Below are positions 36,814-50,540 of a DNA stretch of 64,000 bases, piece after piece. The stretch covers positions 936,059 to 1,000,058 of the forward strand of contig RHPI01000797.1 in the NCBI GenBank assembly GCA_009103225.1. Reading direction: 5' to 3'. The stretch comes from Chlorokybus atmophyticus. Its lineage: Eukaryota > Plantae > Mesostigma and Chlorokybus algae. Each line of letters starts with the position of its first letter. The stretch's first letter is position 1. Both the position numbers and the translations under genes were made by a program. The notes beneath the pieces were generated by a model. The model was not told the origin of the DNA. It did not search any database and saw only the letters and a list, made by a program, of their open reading frames with translations.

Positions 36814-37752
36814 TGCGCTGTTGTTAGGATTGATTGTGAACATGTGTTGTAGCTGGCGAACTGTATACAACCTTGGTTGTTATATACTATGCAAGTCTAG
36901 TTGAGGCCACATTGGCCTTGCACAATTGTGTACCTGTCAATACTGTATAGAGCATTGAAAAGAGCAAGTAGTTTCTTGCATGGTTGCATGTTCGCACAAT
37001 ATTTCAACCAGATCTGCAGCTGTCTACTGTGCAGGGTGAGCTTCTGAAAGCTGCTTGTAGTGGTATGGCTGATATAGAGTTGAACACTTCTCGCCATGTG
37101 CGTTTAGGTTGTGTTTGTTGTGTCCGGTTGGGCATTACGGTGGCGGTCAGGTATGATGGTATCATCGGTAGCGGGCACTTGTATGTCAAAGACTTTAGAG
37201 GTTGTGCATTTTATCATTGCTCAACGGATGCAGTTCAACTTGTCTCAGTTTCTACATTTACATGGGCAGCATGCATGCATAGGCATAGACAATAGTAAAG
37301 CATGCGTACACTATTGGTATCTGCCAGGTTGGTAAGAATAGCAAGCAACAAACAGACCACAGGTAAAACCGTCTGGCCAGCCGCCCCCCTTCCCCCCCCC
37401 TTCGGGTTTGGATGCTGCTGGTGGCGCTGTGCAATCAGTGATAGTGTACAAGATATGCAATGTGATGCATGTGATCACCGAGCAACAGACACTGTACCAT
37501 ACCCATATGAAATGTAAATAGTAGTAATCATTGTGTCAGCACTACCACGCAACCACCATCCCAGATTCCTGATGCCCAACAGGAATTTGAAAAATGCTAT
37601 GTATACAAGTGATACATGCACAACCAAACGCGCATTGTGTACTGTTGCTAGAGACTAGTACTGGTCAATCTGCGTGCAAAGAGGGGAAGTTGCTCATGTG
37701 TGATGGGAATATGTCAAAACTCAGGTGCGTCGGCACACCTACACGGAGGCGA

Positions 37753-39994
37753 CTACCGCAAGTACGACCCCGTCAACCACAGCAGGACCGCCACCACAAT
37801 ATTCACGATCGCGCTCTGCAACCACAAGGCTCAGCACCTCATCCCGAACAACACAATTAATGGCATTGCAGAAGGTGCACGCTAAGTACATGCCCTGGTG
37901 GTATCACACACAGCTTTTCACCTGATAATCTAGTAGCCACCATGGTAGTGTTCCTCCCGTCGCCATCGCTACCAATGAAGGAACAGCTGTTGCGAGCTGA
38001 GAGCACAGCCAAATGGATTACCAACAGCTACAACAACTACGCGCATGCAGCGGTGCACCTCATACCACTCCACGTACCACAATGCCGGATATAAGCGCGC
38101 TCAACACGAGCGCCATGGACCTCAGCAACCGCTTCCAGTCTGCCATCTTGGCCTCATCCCTATCTGTCTGATGACAAGCAGACAACCCATGACTTGACAA
38201 ACGGACAATGAAAAGAGGGATTGAATAACGATGACTGATGCGTTTTGGTAGGTGGAAGGTAACTGAGGGGTGCAATCGATCAGTTTTGTGAGCTACGGAC
38301 TTACTGGAGAGGGATTGAATACAGCGAGCTTGCTGTTCATGCGGACCAAAAACCCGATGGCGCCAAACACCATCGGCTGGTACTTAGCCAATGGCGAAAA
38401 CAGTGCCCACAAGATCTGCACGACATAACGCATCCAGCGCACGGCTTTTAAGCACATGTGGCCACAGCACAGAATTGTGCGGTGCATGTATCGCGCAAAC
38501 GTTGCCATGCTGCTTGGCGTCACAATGATATGACTGTCCACTTGTTGTAAAAGCCACCTCTTGCATTAGGCACCCACTCACCATGCCGCCGGAGATAGCT
38601 CCATTAACGGCCATGTCATTGCGGTTGCTGACCAAAACCCTGCAGTTTGCAATTGTATCGTCCCTTGTTGCCGCTATTGCACAAACAAGAATGGCACCAG
38701 TTGCCAGTAGCTATGATGTACCTTGGGCGCCAGGGCACCAACGACTTCTTGTCCGCGTACAATATTTGCTTGTCAACCTACAGTGACAAAATAAGAGCAC
38801 ACATTACTGCTTGCGAGGCAACATTGCTATGTAGTCCCCGTCCACATGATATACACACATGCACCAGCAAATATCGATGCATGTGTGTATATTATGGCAG
38901 AACCTTGGCCTGCCCTGATGCTCGCATTGAAAACTGTCGCATCAGTATCCTACTGTAGGCTTCTTCAATCTGTACAACAAGCATGCCCAAGTTACAACAG
39001 AAACAATCTGACGTACAACTAGCCAGTCAATATCATTCACATTCAAAGGTGTCAAACTTGTTCAGTCTTCTTTTCCTTACCTTCTTTGTTTCATCCTCAT
39101 TTCCTCTAGCGCTGTACAGCTTGAAGCGGTAGGCCGACGTCACCTGGTCTGAAGTTGCGCTAGCAAATGTGCCCAAAACCTGTGCAGCACTGCAGTTTGA
39201 AGCGCTTCACTTAACCTTGCAATTGCTACAACAGAGTGTCAACTCAAACTAGACGCTAAATATGACTTCCTTTCTCCTCTGTTGCATGCACTCATGATGA
39301 CTTCAGCAAACACATCAAATTGAAGATTGCTAAAGAAGCATTCAAAGACAGGTCAGGACTTAGGTAGCACATCCTAGTTTATCAACACCTTTCACTTAGG
39401 TAAATGGTAATATCTCTATATATAGCACCAATGAAGATTCTTACTCACGAGAGCAAGAAAATCACATGGAAGCGTGCATACCACAATGTGATCCCACCCA
39501 CTTTAATATCGTAGAGAACTGCGAAATGCCGCTCGCTGTGCCCATATGGTTGCAACTCTCATGCATAACCAGTTGTGACGCACAAGAGTGTTACACTGAA
39601 ACCCTAGCTGCTAGGATTTTGAAAAAGCATCACACAGACGGTATGCCCACAAAACGCTGAGAAACACAACCCTGCCACTCTGCAGCATGCACAACTCAAT
39701 AATGAGTCATGTCACCTTGTAGGGGTCCTCCTCGCCTCCTGCACCCGCGCCTGGTCCGGAGGCAGAGAAGGACGCCGCGCAGAGCGTCCGCTGCCGCCTG
39801 CCCAAGGAGGAGGGCAGTGGCCGCACCCTGCACCGGCTGCTCCGCCATACTGGCTGCTGCGGCGCTACCCTCCTGCCTTGAAGCCACGATCCTGTGGACG
39901 ACGGCGATACGGCAGCAGGCCGACTCCGTGAAGCCGCCGCTCCAACCGCCCCTGTCGTTGCTGCCGCCATGGTCGCCGCCATGGTCGCCGCCAT
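37753..39994 (-). CDS. CPP1-like (DUF3353, J-like) plastid membrane protein with a transit peptide
   Basis: Ala/Ser/Arg-rich transit peptide, then EEDPYK|VLG...ATSDQV..AY..K...IEEAYSRILMRQ...VDKQILYADKK..VPWRPR, hydrophobic helices and a C-terminal LWLTGSYLR*. Confidence 0.8.
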
Positions 39995-42275
39995 GCAGTG
40001 ACGATGGAGGCTCCACCGCGGAGCGGATGATAGAAATGTGAATGACTACGGATTGACAACCCGTGTCTTAGACAAGTTATCTATTTGGTGCAGTGTGATA
40101 GGCATGGCTGACTGTGCGTAGGTTTGTATGACCATGTTGCTGTACTAGTAAACCTAGTATTTGGTCCTTGGCAAGGACAAACATGCTATTGTTTATTTGA
40201 TAAACAAACGCAGTACAATACTTGTGTATGAGTGACTGTTTTATGTACTGTGATGAGATAACACGTGTGCTTTATTGAACAATAAACATTCGTCTTCAAT
40301 TTATCCTTATTATTTAACGCATAACGTAACTTTTTATAGGCGTAAATGTATTATACATTCAAGTATACATGTTAACTGCAGAAGCAAGTACACGTGCATT
40401 GTCATGGGCTCCTCCAATGAACTTGTCTGATACACAACGAAAGTATGTAAGTATGTGTCTTTCACACATAATAACGTTCAAGAGTCAAAGGTTACTTCTT
40501 GTATTATGGCTTACAGTTGATTAATCAATTTACAACACGTTGCTATCTATATTGCAAAAGAAGATCACAACCTACGAGAACATTATGTTGCGTTTGTAAA
40601 AAAATTAAGTTTGAGGGAAAGGTTTGCCTGTTATGACGTGTGGATAGGTGTGGGTTTTATATGCAAATATGTTCATGTGTGTGTCATATTATGGCCTTTC
40701 GGTAAGGTTCTCCATAATAGGCTGGTGATCGTCATTATTGGTCATTGATGTTATGCACCAAAGTTGCGTGCCCATGCCTTGTTCGTTTCTTGCTTTGCTT
40801 ATACAAAAAGTGCATAAGTATGTTTACATGGTGACTTGCAAACCTTGCTGCCTGTCTGCTGCCTGCTCCGTTGCTACGTTGTTGCGTGAGGGTCTACTTA
40901 AGGTCAAGAGTTGTGTATGGTGTAGTACAGCTCTGTTTTTGCCCCTACTTGATTCATTTTGATGTGTTGTGCATTGCTTTGGCTCCTACGATTGAGTTTG
41001 CTCTTGCAACTCTCATGCTTGCCATGTGTGCATGACTATGCATTACATACCTGACTCTACACCATATGCATTGGTTGCTTTAGTGCCCACTTACTCATGT
41101 CCTACGAGAAGGTAACGATCGCATGCTGTGCATCACGCATGCCAAATGTGCGAATACTAGAAATGGCACATGCATGCAGTATTATAAACATGCATTTATA
41201 GCTTACATACCGGGCAAACCTGCATGCATGGTTGGTGCACTTGCTTTGATTGGTTTGGAGCGTGCTTTTAGTAACCCTACCGTTGGTTATGCACCGCATT
41301 GCATACTTTGTACATATCAGATCACCATCACCGCATTGCATTCTTTGTACACTAGTGCATCTTGTATACAGCCACAGCCGTGGTGCAGGTGGTTATAATT
41401 GCATGCATGCCATTGCAGGACTAACAAGGTAGAGGAAATAGAGTGGTTGCGAAGCAGGGTTAAGCGGTGGTGAACTCTAAAATATTTAAAGTGATGATGC
41501 ATAAGGGATAGTACCCCAGATTAGTAGCCTGCAAACTGTCACACACAACGGGGATGGTGAGTAGGTAGTGGCGCAGGTAGAGTAGCCCGGTGGTCTATTA
41601 TGTTAACGAGATTGCTTGTGATGCAACAGATTCTGCTGAGTGACACCCCATGCATTGCGGTGAATGCCTTGTGACATTCGTGCACTATATGTATGATCTT
41701 TGTACATGTGCATGCCATGCATGTGATGTCATGATATTGCCTCGCCGCATGTCCTATGCGTGGGCATTCACATGTTGCAGTCTATGTGCGCTACCTGTCA
41801 ACCATCTGCCCACAAACTTCAGCACTGGCAAAACCAACCAGCAATCTCACAGAAATCTGTGACCCAGCAATGATGTGGTGATGCTGCACATAGGATCACA
41901 ACGTAGTGCACATGATGCCAGCACATATGCCAACGACAGGCAAGCGCACAGCATGAGAACTCAGCAGTCAACTCATCGCAGTACTCAAAAATCAGTGGTT
42001 AGATACCACAATACCAACTCTTCCTCCTAATGCTACACAGCAGGGCATACCAGCTGCAGCGGCTGCTGCTACTCTTCAGGGCTATTAAACGAGCGACACC
42101 TCAGGCAGCATGAAGCTGTACAGCACCATGCATACAGCATGATGGAAGGCCACATGGTGGCTCAGAGCCATAGCATGACCTTGAGCAGGGACTGTGGCAA
42201 CGCAGTGTTATAGTCGCCCGCCACCACCGCAAGTCAGTGGCGGAAAGAGAAATGGCAGGATGGGGTTGGAGAGCT

Positions 42276-44407
42276 TTACTGGTACTGGCCGTAGCCGCTA
42301 CCTCCAGTGCCGCCATAGCTGCCACCATAACCGCCACCACCGCCCCTGTCACCGTATCCACGAGAGCCATAGCTGTCGCCATAGCTGCCACCACCGCCAC
42401 CGCGGCCGTATGATCCTGCGTCAGCTGAGCGAGGGTTGGGACACCTGCCACAAACGACATCTGGTTAGAATGCAGAAGTACTGCCTAGCACGTGCACACG
42501 CGCAGCATCCTATGAAGCCCTGCTGCAACCATTTTCCATGCTGGCATGCATCCCCCGCCTCTCTTCACTTCCACTCTCTTGTCTCATCATAAAGACATAG
42601 CATGTTACCACCACTCTCCAACCCTGCTCCCTTCTCCCTGTCTGCTGCATTGAGACTGCAGTGGCAACCAATACACTTACTCTCGGCTGATGTGTCCGTC
42701 CTCACCACAATTATAACACTGCGCACCAAGACAACATCAGACAGTCAGCATGGCAGGAGCTGCAAGTACGCATGCCATAAGGCAGTCAGATGCGCACAGA
42801 CCTGCTGGCCACCGCCTCTGCGCGGCGCGCCTCCTCCGCCACCATAACCACTGCCATAGCCGCCGCCATAACCACCGGCCTGCTTTTGCGGGCACTCACG
42901 GCTGATATGGCCAGTCTGTGAGCATCAATGTATTACTATGCTGTTGCACAGCAACAAATGACTCAACTTGATAGCACCAAGCATAACCAATGCAGCATAA
43001 ACTGGATACAGGCACAAGTTACAAGCATGCTCGCAAGCGCATGCACGTAACACCAATAGCATGGCATCATCATGACTGCATCAACATGTCTGCACCTCGT
43101 TGCAAGTATAGCAGACTTGGCCTCCGCCTCCTCCGGCACCTCTCTTGCCTCCCCAGGCATCGCCATATCCCTCACGGCCCCCGCCGCCGGCACCGGCGCC
43201 ATAACCGCCGGCGCCATAGCCAGCGCGGTCATCTCCCCCACCGTATCCGCCACGGCCGCCACCGCCGCCCTCCCTTGCCTCTCGCTCTGCACGGCGCTCT
43301 GAAGGACGCGGGGCTGTTGCAGCTTTTTGCAGCGCCATGGCCTGAAAACAATTGAGACGAGTGAGCATGTGGCCAAGTTCACAAAGCAGATACCTTGTGC
43401 TATATATGGCAACTTGAAGTATAAAACCATGGGCAAGTGCACTATGCCCTACCTCAAAGTTTGCAAGAAGTTCACGATACTTGTCCTCCCTCATGGTCAG
43501 CTCTTGCTCCAGAACAGCTTTCTTGGCCGCATCTGGCTCGTTCTCCATCTCATTGCGAGCAAAAGCAATCTCACTTTCAGCAGCTTTCTTCTCTTCATAT
43601 TGAGCTTCGGTCAGAGTAACCTGCAGACGAAGCATGACAGAAGTCAATATAATTGGCCTGCACTGATGTGTACAGGCAACGCCTTATCATACGGACTTCA
43701 AGCAGTAAGTAGCATCACAAGCTCGGTACAGTCATCTGGAAGTTCAGCTCACATGATAAGTGCATGCACACACGCGTACAACATGGAAGTTCCAATGAAA
43801 AAGCATGCACAGCGTACCCTCGGTTGCCATTCCTTGACTGCTTGCTCCTGAAGAATCTCCCGCTCACTCTTGCCCTGCCTCTCTGCCATGATAGCCTCAC
43901 GCGGGCGAGCCGCACCAAAAGGGTTTGGCTGCACAAGCATGCAAACAGTCCGTCATTGGCTATCTGGCGCATGGCTCGCGGCACGCACCAAAAGCACCTG
44001 ATGCTTTGCATCTCAACAGGGGCAAGCAGCGCGCATGCATGGGCGGTGAAAGACATAGCAGCTGAGATATACGAGGCAAATGTGACCACTTAAACATACC
44101 CAAACACAGCCACCGGCAATGCACCGGCCAGGCTTGCAAAACCAGCTGACCGGTAGCAAACAGGCAGGCCAAGGCTGGCCAGCCGCAAATGACGACTACG
44201 GAAGCGCAGAAAGGAACCCACGCAGACGTAAGCATGCCCAGCCGCGCAAGACAAATGGACCCAAAACCCCGGTCGCACCCGACCACACGAGACACCCACC
44301 TTGCCGCTGCTGCCTCCGCGAGCTCCGGCCTCCGCATTGGCGCTGCGGGGCGCAAGGTTGAGCTTCGGCCGGCCCGCCGGCACCTCCTCTTCCTCGTTGT
44401 AGCTCAT
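42276..44407 (-). CDS. eIF4B-like motif protein with a coiled coil, Gly/Tyr-rich repeats and two CCHC zinc knuckles
   Basis: Spliced: MSYNEEEEVPAGRPKLNLAPRS..., PNPFGAARPREAIMAER, CYTCNE|TGHISREC, CYNCGEDGHISRE|C and a GGYGG-rich C-terminus, with the stop at 42276. Confidence 0.8.
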
Positions 44408-44575
44408 CCTGTCCCTCTGCTGTCTCTTCCCCTCCTTGTCCTCCGCAGCCGCCGCCGCACCCCCCCGCCAAATATCTGCTCTCTAGCCCGCCGCCTTCCA
44501 GACCTAAAGCACCCCCTGCCTGCAGCTGCGCGGCTCCCACCAGCAAAGCCGTGCTCCCTGCGTCACCTTCCGGAG

Positions 44576-44584
44576 TTAGGGTTT
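44576..44584 (-). promoter_or_regulatory. Telo-box (AAACCCTAA) upstream of the eIF4B-like gene
   Basis: TTAGGGTTT about 170 nt upstream of the ATG at 44407. Confidence 0.4.
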
Positions 44585-46895
44585 CGGCGCTTTGTGCGCA
44601 AGGGGCACAAGCTGTGCGAGAATGCTGGCCTATGAGATTTGGACAGCTGCGGTGAGAGTGGTAGGTCACCACTGGTGACAATGACGGTGAACAGCGTTAA
44701 TCACAACTTGAGAGCCCCAACTCAGGACTCCGGACCTATGAGTGGATCTGATTCAGGACTCCGGACCCGTCTTGTTTAACAGTCCTGTATCGTGTTGATG
44801 CATAACTTATAGTGCAAGTCTGGTCAATGGCTACTTAAAGGCTGTGCAATGAGAAGATCTAAACCACCTAGGCATGTCGGCCGTCGCTACCGTATCGCCA
44901 TCGCCATCGCGTCACCATCGCTATTGCGGTTCAATGTGAGCGTAACGCTGTGCGCATAAAGGCATGCTCATTAGTGATAATTCTGATAAACACATCTCGT
45001 TAAACACATGTAAAGTCAATTTACCCGAGCGCAATCAAGACCGTTCAGCCTCCATCCTAGTTTACATAAACAACCCCTATATAACCGCGCAACTTTACGT
45101 GACGTTAATGTAAACTTATGTTGAATTGATAAATAAAAGCTCTGTTTTTGATAGCTGACTTAACATTCTTTCATTGTTTCAATTCTGAATATGTGTAAGT
45201 CGTGAAAGTACTATGCTATACGGAATCTTTTTTTAAATGGATTGAAGCACCATTACGCACAATTAAAAATTATACATGATTCTATTTAAGTTGTGATACT
45301 ACATTTTAAGCGCATAACATGCATGTAACGAGCGTTGTATAATAGTAGTAAGACGATCAGCATAATGCACATTAATGTATATAATCATGTGATCATGAAG
45401 GTGTTATTTCAACAACTCAACAAGTAACATGTATATAATATATACAATAGTAGACATTACAACAAAGAAAAGTGATATTTGCAATTTCAGATTGTTCATG
45501 CACGATATCATTTGAAATCTGGCATTATATCTTGGAGGCTTACAAGTTGAAAAACTTGAGACACATAAGGAACGCCGCATACAACATAGCAAACATTAGA
45601 GTTGCGCGGAGCACAACTCTACTACTGTTTGCCACTGGCGATGCAATAACGGACATCCGATGAAGAGACTGCTGGCCACGTTGAAACAGATGATGTTGCG
45701 TGACAACAACTACGTCTATTGCACTCCTGCGCCGCTGTTGTACAAGCTGGTGTTTGTGGCGGTGCGCCAGCAGCGGACGGCCCACGCAGCATTGCAACGA
45801 CTGCACGGGGAGCAGGCGGATTGGTAAACACGCTTGCCCGTGCGACAGACACAAGATTTCAACCCCACCACCCAATCCCACCAGCAGCACCCAACTAGCA
45901 GCAAGGGCCAGTGACCCAGCTCATGACCGAGCGACGCGACAGCACCGCTGCCAAGGGGGCAGGGCAGAGAGAAGGGACAGGGCGGAGGGACGGGGCAGAA
46001 GGGCAGGGCAGAGGGGCCCTGGACGAGGGTTTGAAGCAGCAGCAGCAGCGGTGCCAGGAAGCGGAGGGAGTGAGGGTGTGGGTGAAGGAGAGCGGGAGAG
46101 TGCGAGAGGGGAGTCCGTGTGCTGCTCATGCTGCTGGCGGAGGCAACCGTGTGGAAGACTAACTAGCTTGACATGCGCGCAGGTAAAGACTGTGCATTGC
46201 CATGCATGCACTGCATGATGTCTAACGGGGTAGTGATAGTTAGTGTCGTGCTTATAAAAGTAGATAGGCTAACATGTGTAGCCCGGTGGTGTTATATGTA
46301 AATGCATGCATGCAGTGTGCTTTGCATGCGGTGTGCTTTGCATGCGCGTGTTGCAGCTTGCATCTTTTGTACACTCTGTGGGTAGTTGTGCTTGCAAGCA
46401 ACAGTCCGAGCACAACGGCAAGGCAGTCACTTAGGCGGGGGGCCCAAGCGGAGCTTACAACTTAGACACACACTAGACCAACCCTCAAGCAGTATGCAGT
46501 GGGGCATGCGGGCAAGAGTGGAGTAGGGGACAACCTGCAGTACGCAGGGGAGGGGAGAGGCAGAGGTTAGAGTCAGTCCAGGTGGTCTGGCAGAGTAGGG
46601 GCTACACACCGACAACGCTGACTGCAACAACTGCTTGGTCCAACATGTCAATTTACAACACATGTCATCCATATAAAAGAAATGAACTGCGCGCACTCCA
46701 AGGGAACATTGCAAGCCTTGCGCGGCGCAAATTGCGAGCGCACCCTCCCAACACGCAACCCATCTATACATGATTGCAATCTGCAACTAACATGCACGTA
46801 AGAGGAGTAATTGCATGGTTGATGGCTGCCAATGCAAAGCCAAATTGCGTAGTGCTTACAATGATAAGTCAATGCGGCCCTTTTCACAAAAGTTG

Positions 46896-47654
46896 TCAGC
46901 GCTTGCGGCTGTTAGTGGGACGATTACTTGGTTCTAGCAGCCGCCTCAAGTAGTGCTTGGCGCTCTCCAGCAAATCATCAAGTTCATACCTGCGCAGTGA
47001 GTATGAACACTCGTTGGCAACTTTCAAACTGCTGTCTCACTCGCTTGTACTCTGTGTACAAGGTGACAACGACACATGCACACAGTAGATAAATTTAACA
47101 ACAACTCACACCTGACGTCATCAATGCTAAGCCCACGGGCATCGCCAGCTCGCCACCTGCTGCGCCTTCTCTGGAGTATTTGCCTGTGGGTCCATGCCTT
47201 CCCAACCCCCGCGCCATAGCCAAAGCCGATGCCCACACCGCACACTATCCCCGCACCGAAACCAACATGCAGACCCGGGATACCCGGCCCAATCCCGAGC
47301 CCTGCATACAACATGCTTTATTACCCATACGCACGCACGCCCACACGCACATAAACACGCGTGCACACAGAGTTACACGCAAGCATGTGCACGCAGATGA
47401 CAGTTTGCGTGCACAGGCGATAGTGTGTGTGCACGGATGCACCGTTGTTTCACAGCAAAACAGGGAACAGCAACTTGAACGTAGTACTTACCTCCCACAA
47501 GTCCAGCTCCTATGCCCGCACCGCACCCCGCGCCGACGCCAACTCCCGGCCCGATCAGGCCGAACCGCTGCACGCGCACTGTGGGCAGGGAGTTGCGGGG
47601 AGCATACGCTAGTTGAGCGATGGGTTCTTGACTTGGAGGCCTATTCTCCGCCAT
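46896..47654 (-). CDS. Small glycine-rich membrane protein of the TGD5-like (GxGxGxG) family, 148 aa
   Basis: Exons 47654-47492, 47301-47112 and 46989-46896 join in frame (447 nt): GPGVGVGAGCGAGIGAGLVGG|GLGIGPGIPGLHVGFGAGIVCGVGIGFGYGAGVG. Confidence 0.78.
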
Positions 47655-48630
47655 GCGTATGTAAAAACGCAGCTGCAGTGTGTGCTGTTTTTGTATATCA
47701 TGTTGCGATGTTAAGTGCAATGATGTTTCAAGAGGGCACACTAATCCGCATGCGCTGCTGGAGAGTGTCACACAGTCCAGCAGATAATATATTCCAGTCC
47801 AGCAAAAAAGAAGTGTAGACAAAGGGATTCTGTGCAGACACGCTATGCTTGATACGCTATGCTTAATTCATCAATGTAGTTGAGCATCTAAGTGGTGGAC
47901 TGTGAAAGCTACGTCTTCACCAAGTACGTCTTCAGCAGAGTACGCGCAATATCTGCAACGACCCATGCGACACCCTATGCGTAAGGGTCAACCGTGACAA
48001 GCTTGACAAGCAGGCACAACTGCTGTTAGAAGAAAGCTACCCGCTTTGATTGAGTCACGCATCTGAATTGTACGGGTTCAGCACAAGGAACTAATCAGCG
48101 TCGACCACAGCTGTAAGCGACCACGAGATTTGCCATGCCATCAACACATAACAGCAGCCTTGGAAGCGAGACGCGGTCGCACCACACAAGCCACACGGAA
48201 ACAAAACTTTGCAAACAACACAACACGCCACGCAGCTCACCAGTGACAAACACAGTCGCGGACCCTCTGTCTGTTCGCTGCCTTGCAGCCGTTCCCTTCT
48301 CCCTCGCCACCGTCTCTGTTCTATCCTTCAGAGATGAAGACGGAAACACACAATTCCCAGCGCAGCTACTGCTGCACAATCGTCGGCACTCACCTCCACC
48401 ACCACCACCACCGCCACCGCTGCCTCCACCAAGCCAAGGAGGCATACAAAATTGAGCGGCAAGCAGACGCTCAAATTACGCTGAGGTCAGCGTTACGTGT
48501 TTGCCAATACGCTTGGTATTTGCTCAAGATACCGAAGGTAGATACATGCGAGCGCAGCTGGGGGCGGAGGCGGGGGCGGCGGCGGTACAAAACGAGGAGG
48601 CGGTGGGGGTGGAGGACAAGGGTCTCAGCC

Positions 48631-50079
48631 ATGGCTATGCAGGCGATATACGCGAAAGGTGCAAACCCCAAGACGACGCTGTACGTTGGAGGATTGCAGG
48701 AGACTATCAACGAGTCGGTAAGCTTAGACGGCCCTTGCATGGAATTCCAACGTGTTTTCTTCTTCTTCTTTCATTCATTGCAAGCATGTTTCTTCTTGTC
48801 AAATTTGTAGTAGCAGTTGACAATGCCAATTCAAACTGTCACGAGCGTTGAAGCCACTCAACAGTGCACAAACCCTTGCACGCCACTATGTTTTGTAAAT
48901 TAAAGAGCTAGAGGCCCCGCATGAGCAGAACGCTGTGGTTGGAAATGCAATGCGTTCTTTCTCTTGACATGCTAGGCGCTAAAGCCTTTAGCATCAGCAA
49001 TGCCAAGGCGTTAACACATGTTTGTTGACAACCCTACCGTTGAGGTGCATGATATTTATGTCAATAAGTAAAACACGAAGGTGCAGCGCGTTGTATAATG
49101 TACTTTCGAGGAGATTACTGGTGAAGGTTCTATCATCACAGCCTTGATGCTTCTTGCACAGGTCTTGCACTCAGCTTTCATCCCCTTTGGAGACATCAAG
49201 GATGTCAACATCCCGCTGGACCACGCCACGCAAAAGCACAGGGGCTTTGGCTTTGTGGAGTTTTTAGAGCCGTAAGTGCCACACAGGAACAACCAATGTA
49301 ACGCACAGAGTCTTTGCAAAAAATATGCGCTTGCGTGCACACACTCAGGAACATACATCTGCGAATCTCAAACACACACACAGATTGCTTCCAGTTCAAT
49401 TGGTTCGCCACACGTGCGCACACGTGTGCACTCGCTCGTGCATACCCACTTGCACACACATGCTTGTGTAATTGGTGTGACAGTGTTGCCATACGCAGGG
49501 AGGATGCAGCCGCGGCAATAGACAACATGAACAGCGCTGAGTTGTACAACCGGGTGCTGCGCGTTAACTATGCGCAACCCATCAGGATAAAGGGAGGAGA
49601 GGCAGGCTGGGCATCGCAAGCAGGTACGCACAACACTTGTACCATTCATGATGATGATCAGCGTGCTGTACTGTTGCCTGCATCAATGCGGAGAGGGTTG
49701 CCCTCTCTCCGCCCATAAACCTATTGCATGTAACTTACTACACATTCACTGACCACAACCAACAAGAATGCCTATCAAGAACTCAGATTGCATGGCATTT
49801 CCTCTTTCCTGTACAATCCACGACTGCTTGCACCATCCAAGACTGATTGTGTCCGTTGTGATAGTGTGGGCGGATGCGGACACATGGGTGGAGCGGCAGC
49901 AGCAGGAGGAAGAGCTGGCGAGGCTGAAAGAGGAGCAGGCAAAGACGCTGGCGGATGCAGCCGCCCTTGGGCCCGTGCCCGCAGTAGACCCCAACAAACA
50001 GGTGGAAGAAGTGGAGGACGACGCCATGGCCGCTGCAGAGCGGGAAGCACTGGCAGAGCAGAATGGCAACAGGACTTGA
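48631..50079 (+). CDS. PPIE/Cyp33-type RRM protein lacking the cyclophilin domain (plant At1g13690-like), 178 aa
   Basis: Exons 48631-48717, 49162-49271, 49499-49623 and 49865-50079 are in frame. Motifs [53 protein letters not shown] and [14 protein letters not shown]. Confidence 0.92.
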
Positions 50080-50540
50080 TGGCTTGTTTGTGTAGCTGTT
50101 ACTGTAACTAAGTCTCGCTTCCCCTCACCTCCCTTCCCTCTTCGCCTGCCTCCCCCAGCACCACCTCGCAAGTGTCCAACTCCACATGTGCTTTTTATTA
50201 TCTAGTGCAACGCAGTGTGCACACTGTTTGTAGAACCATTCACCCATTGAGGTAGGCGCACTGATGTGCAATCATAACAAGCCGTGCAATGAGCTTTGTG
50301 CAGTGCACAACAAGACAGGAATGCGCCACAACGGACCACAACACACTAAGCACACAGTAGGCCAACTTTTGGAAACTAGCACCCATCTCGACCAGCTGAA
50401 GCCAAGCATGCAATGCCATAATCCATCACTGATGAAGCTTGCACGCGGCACCTAGCCTGTAGAACAACTTGACGTAACCACTCAGCAATGGTCAGCATAA
50501 CTTTCTCAACAAGTTCAACCAGTCCATATCTCTGTACATA

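Noticed and set aside
45600-46200. Short ORFs (e.g. MKRLLATLKQMMLRDNNYVYC...) and a purine-rich tract
   Set aside because: No coherent spliced model or recognisable family; at most an unassigned relic or ncRNA.
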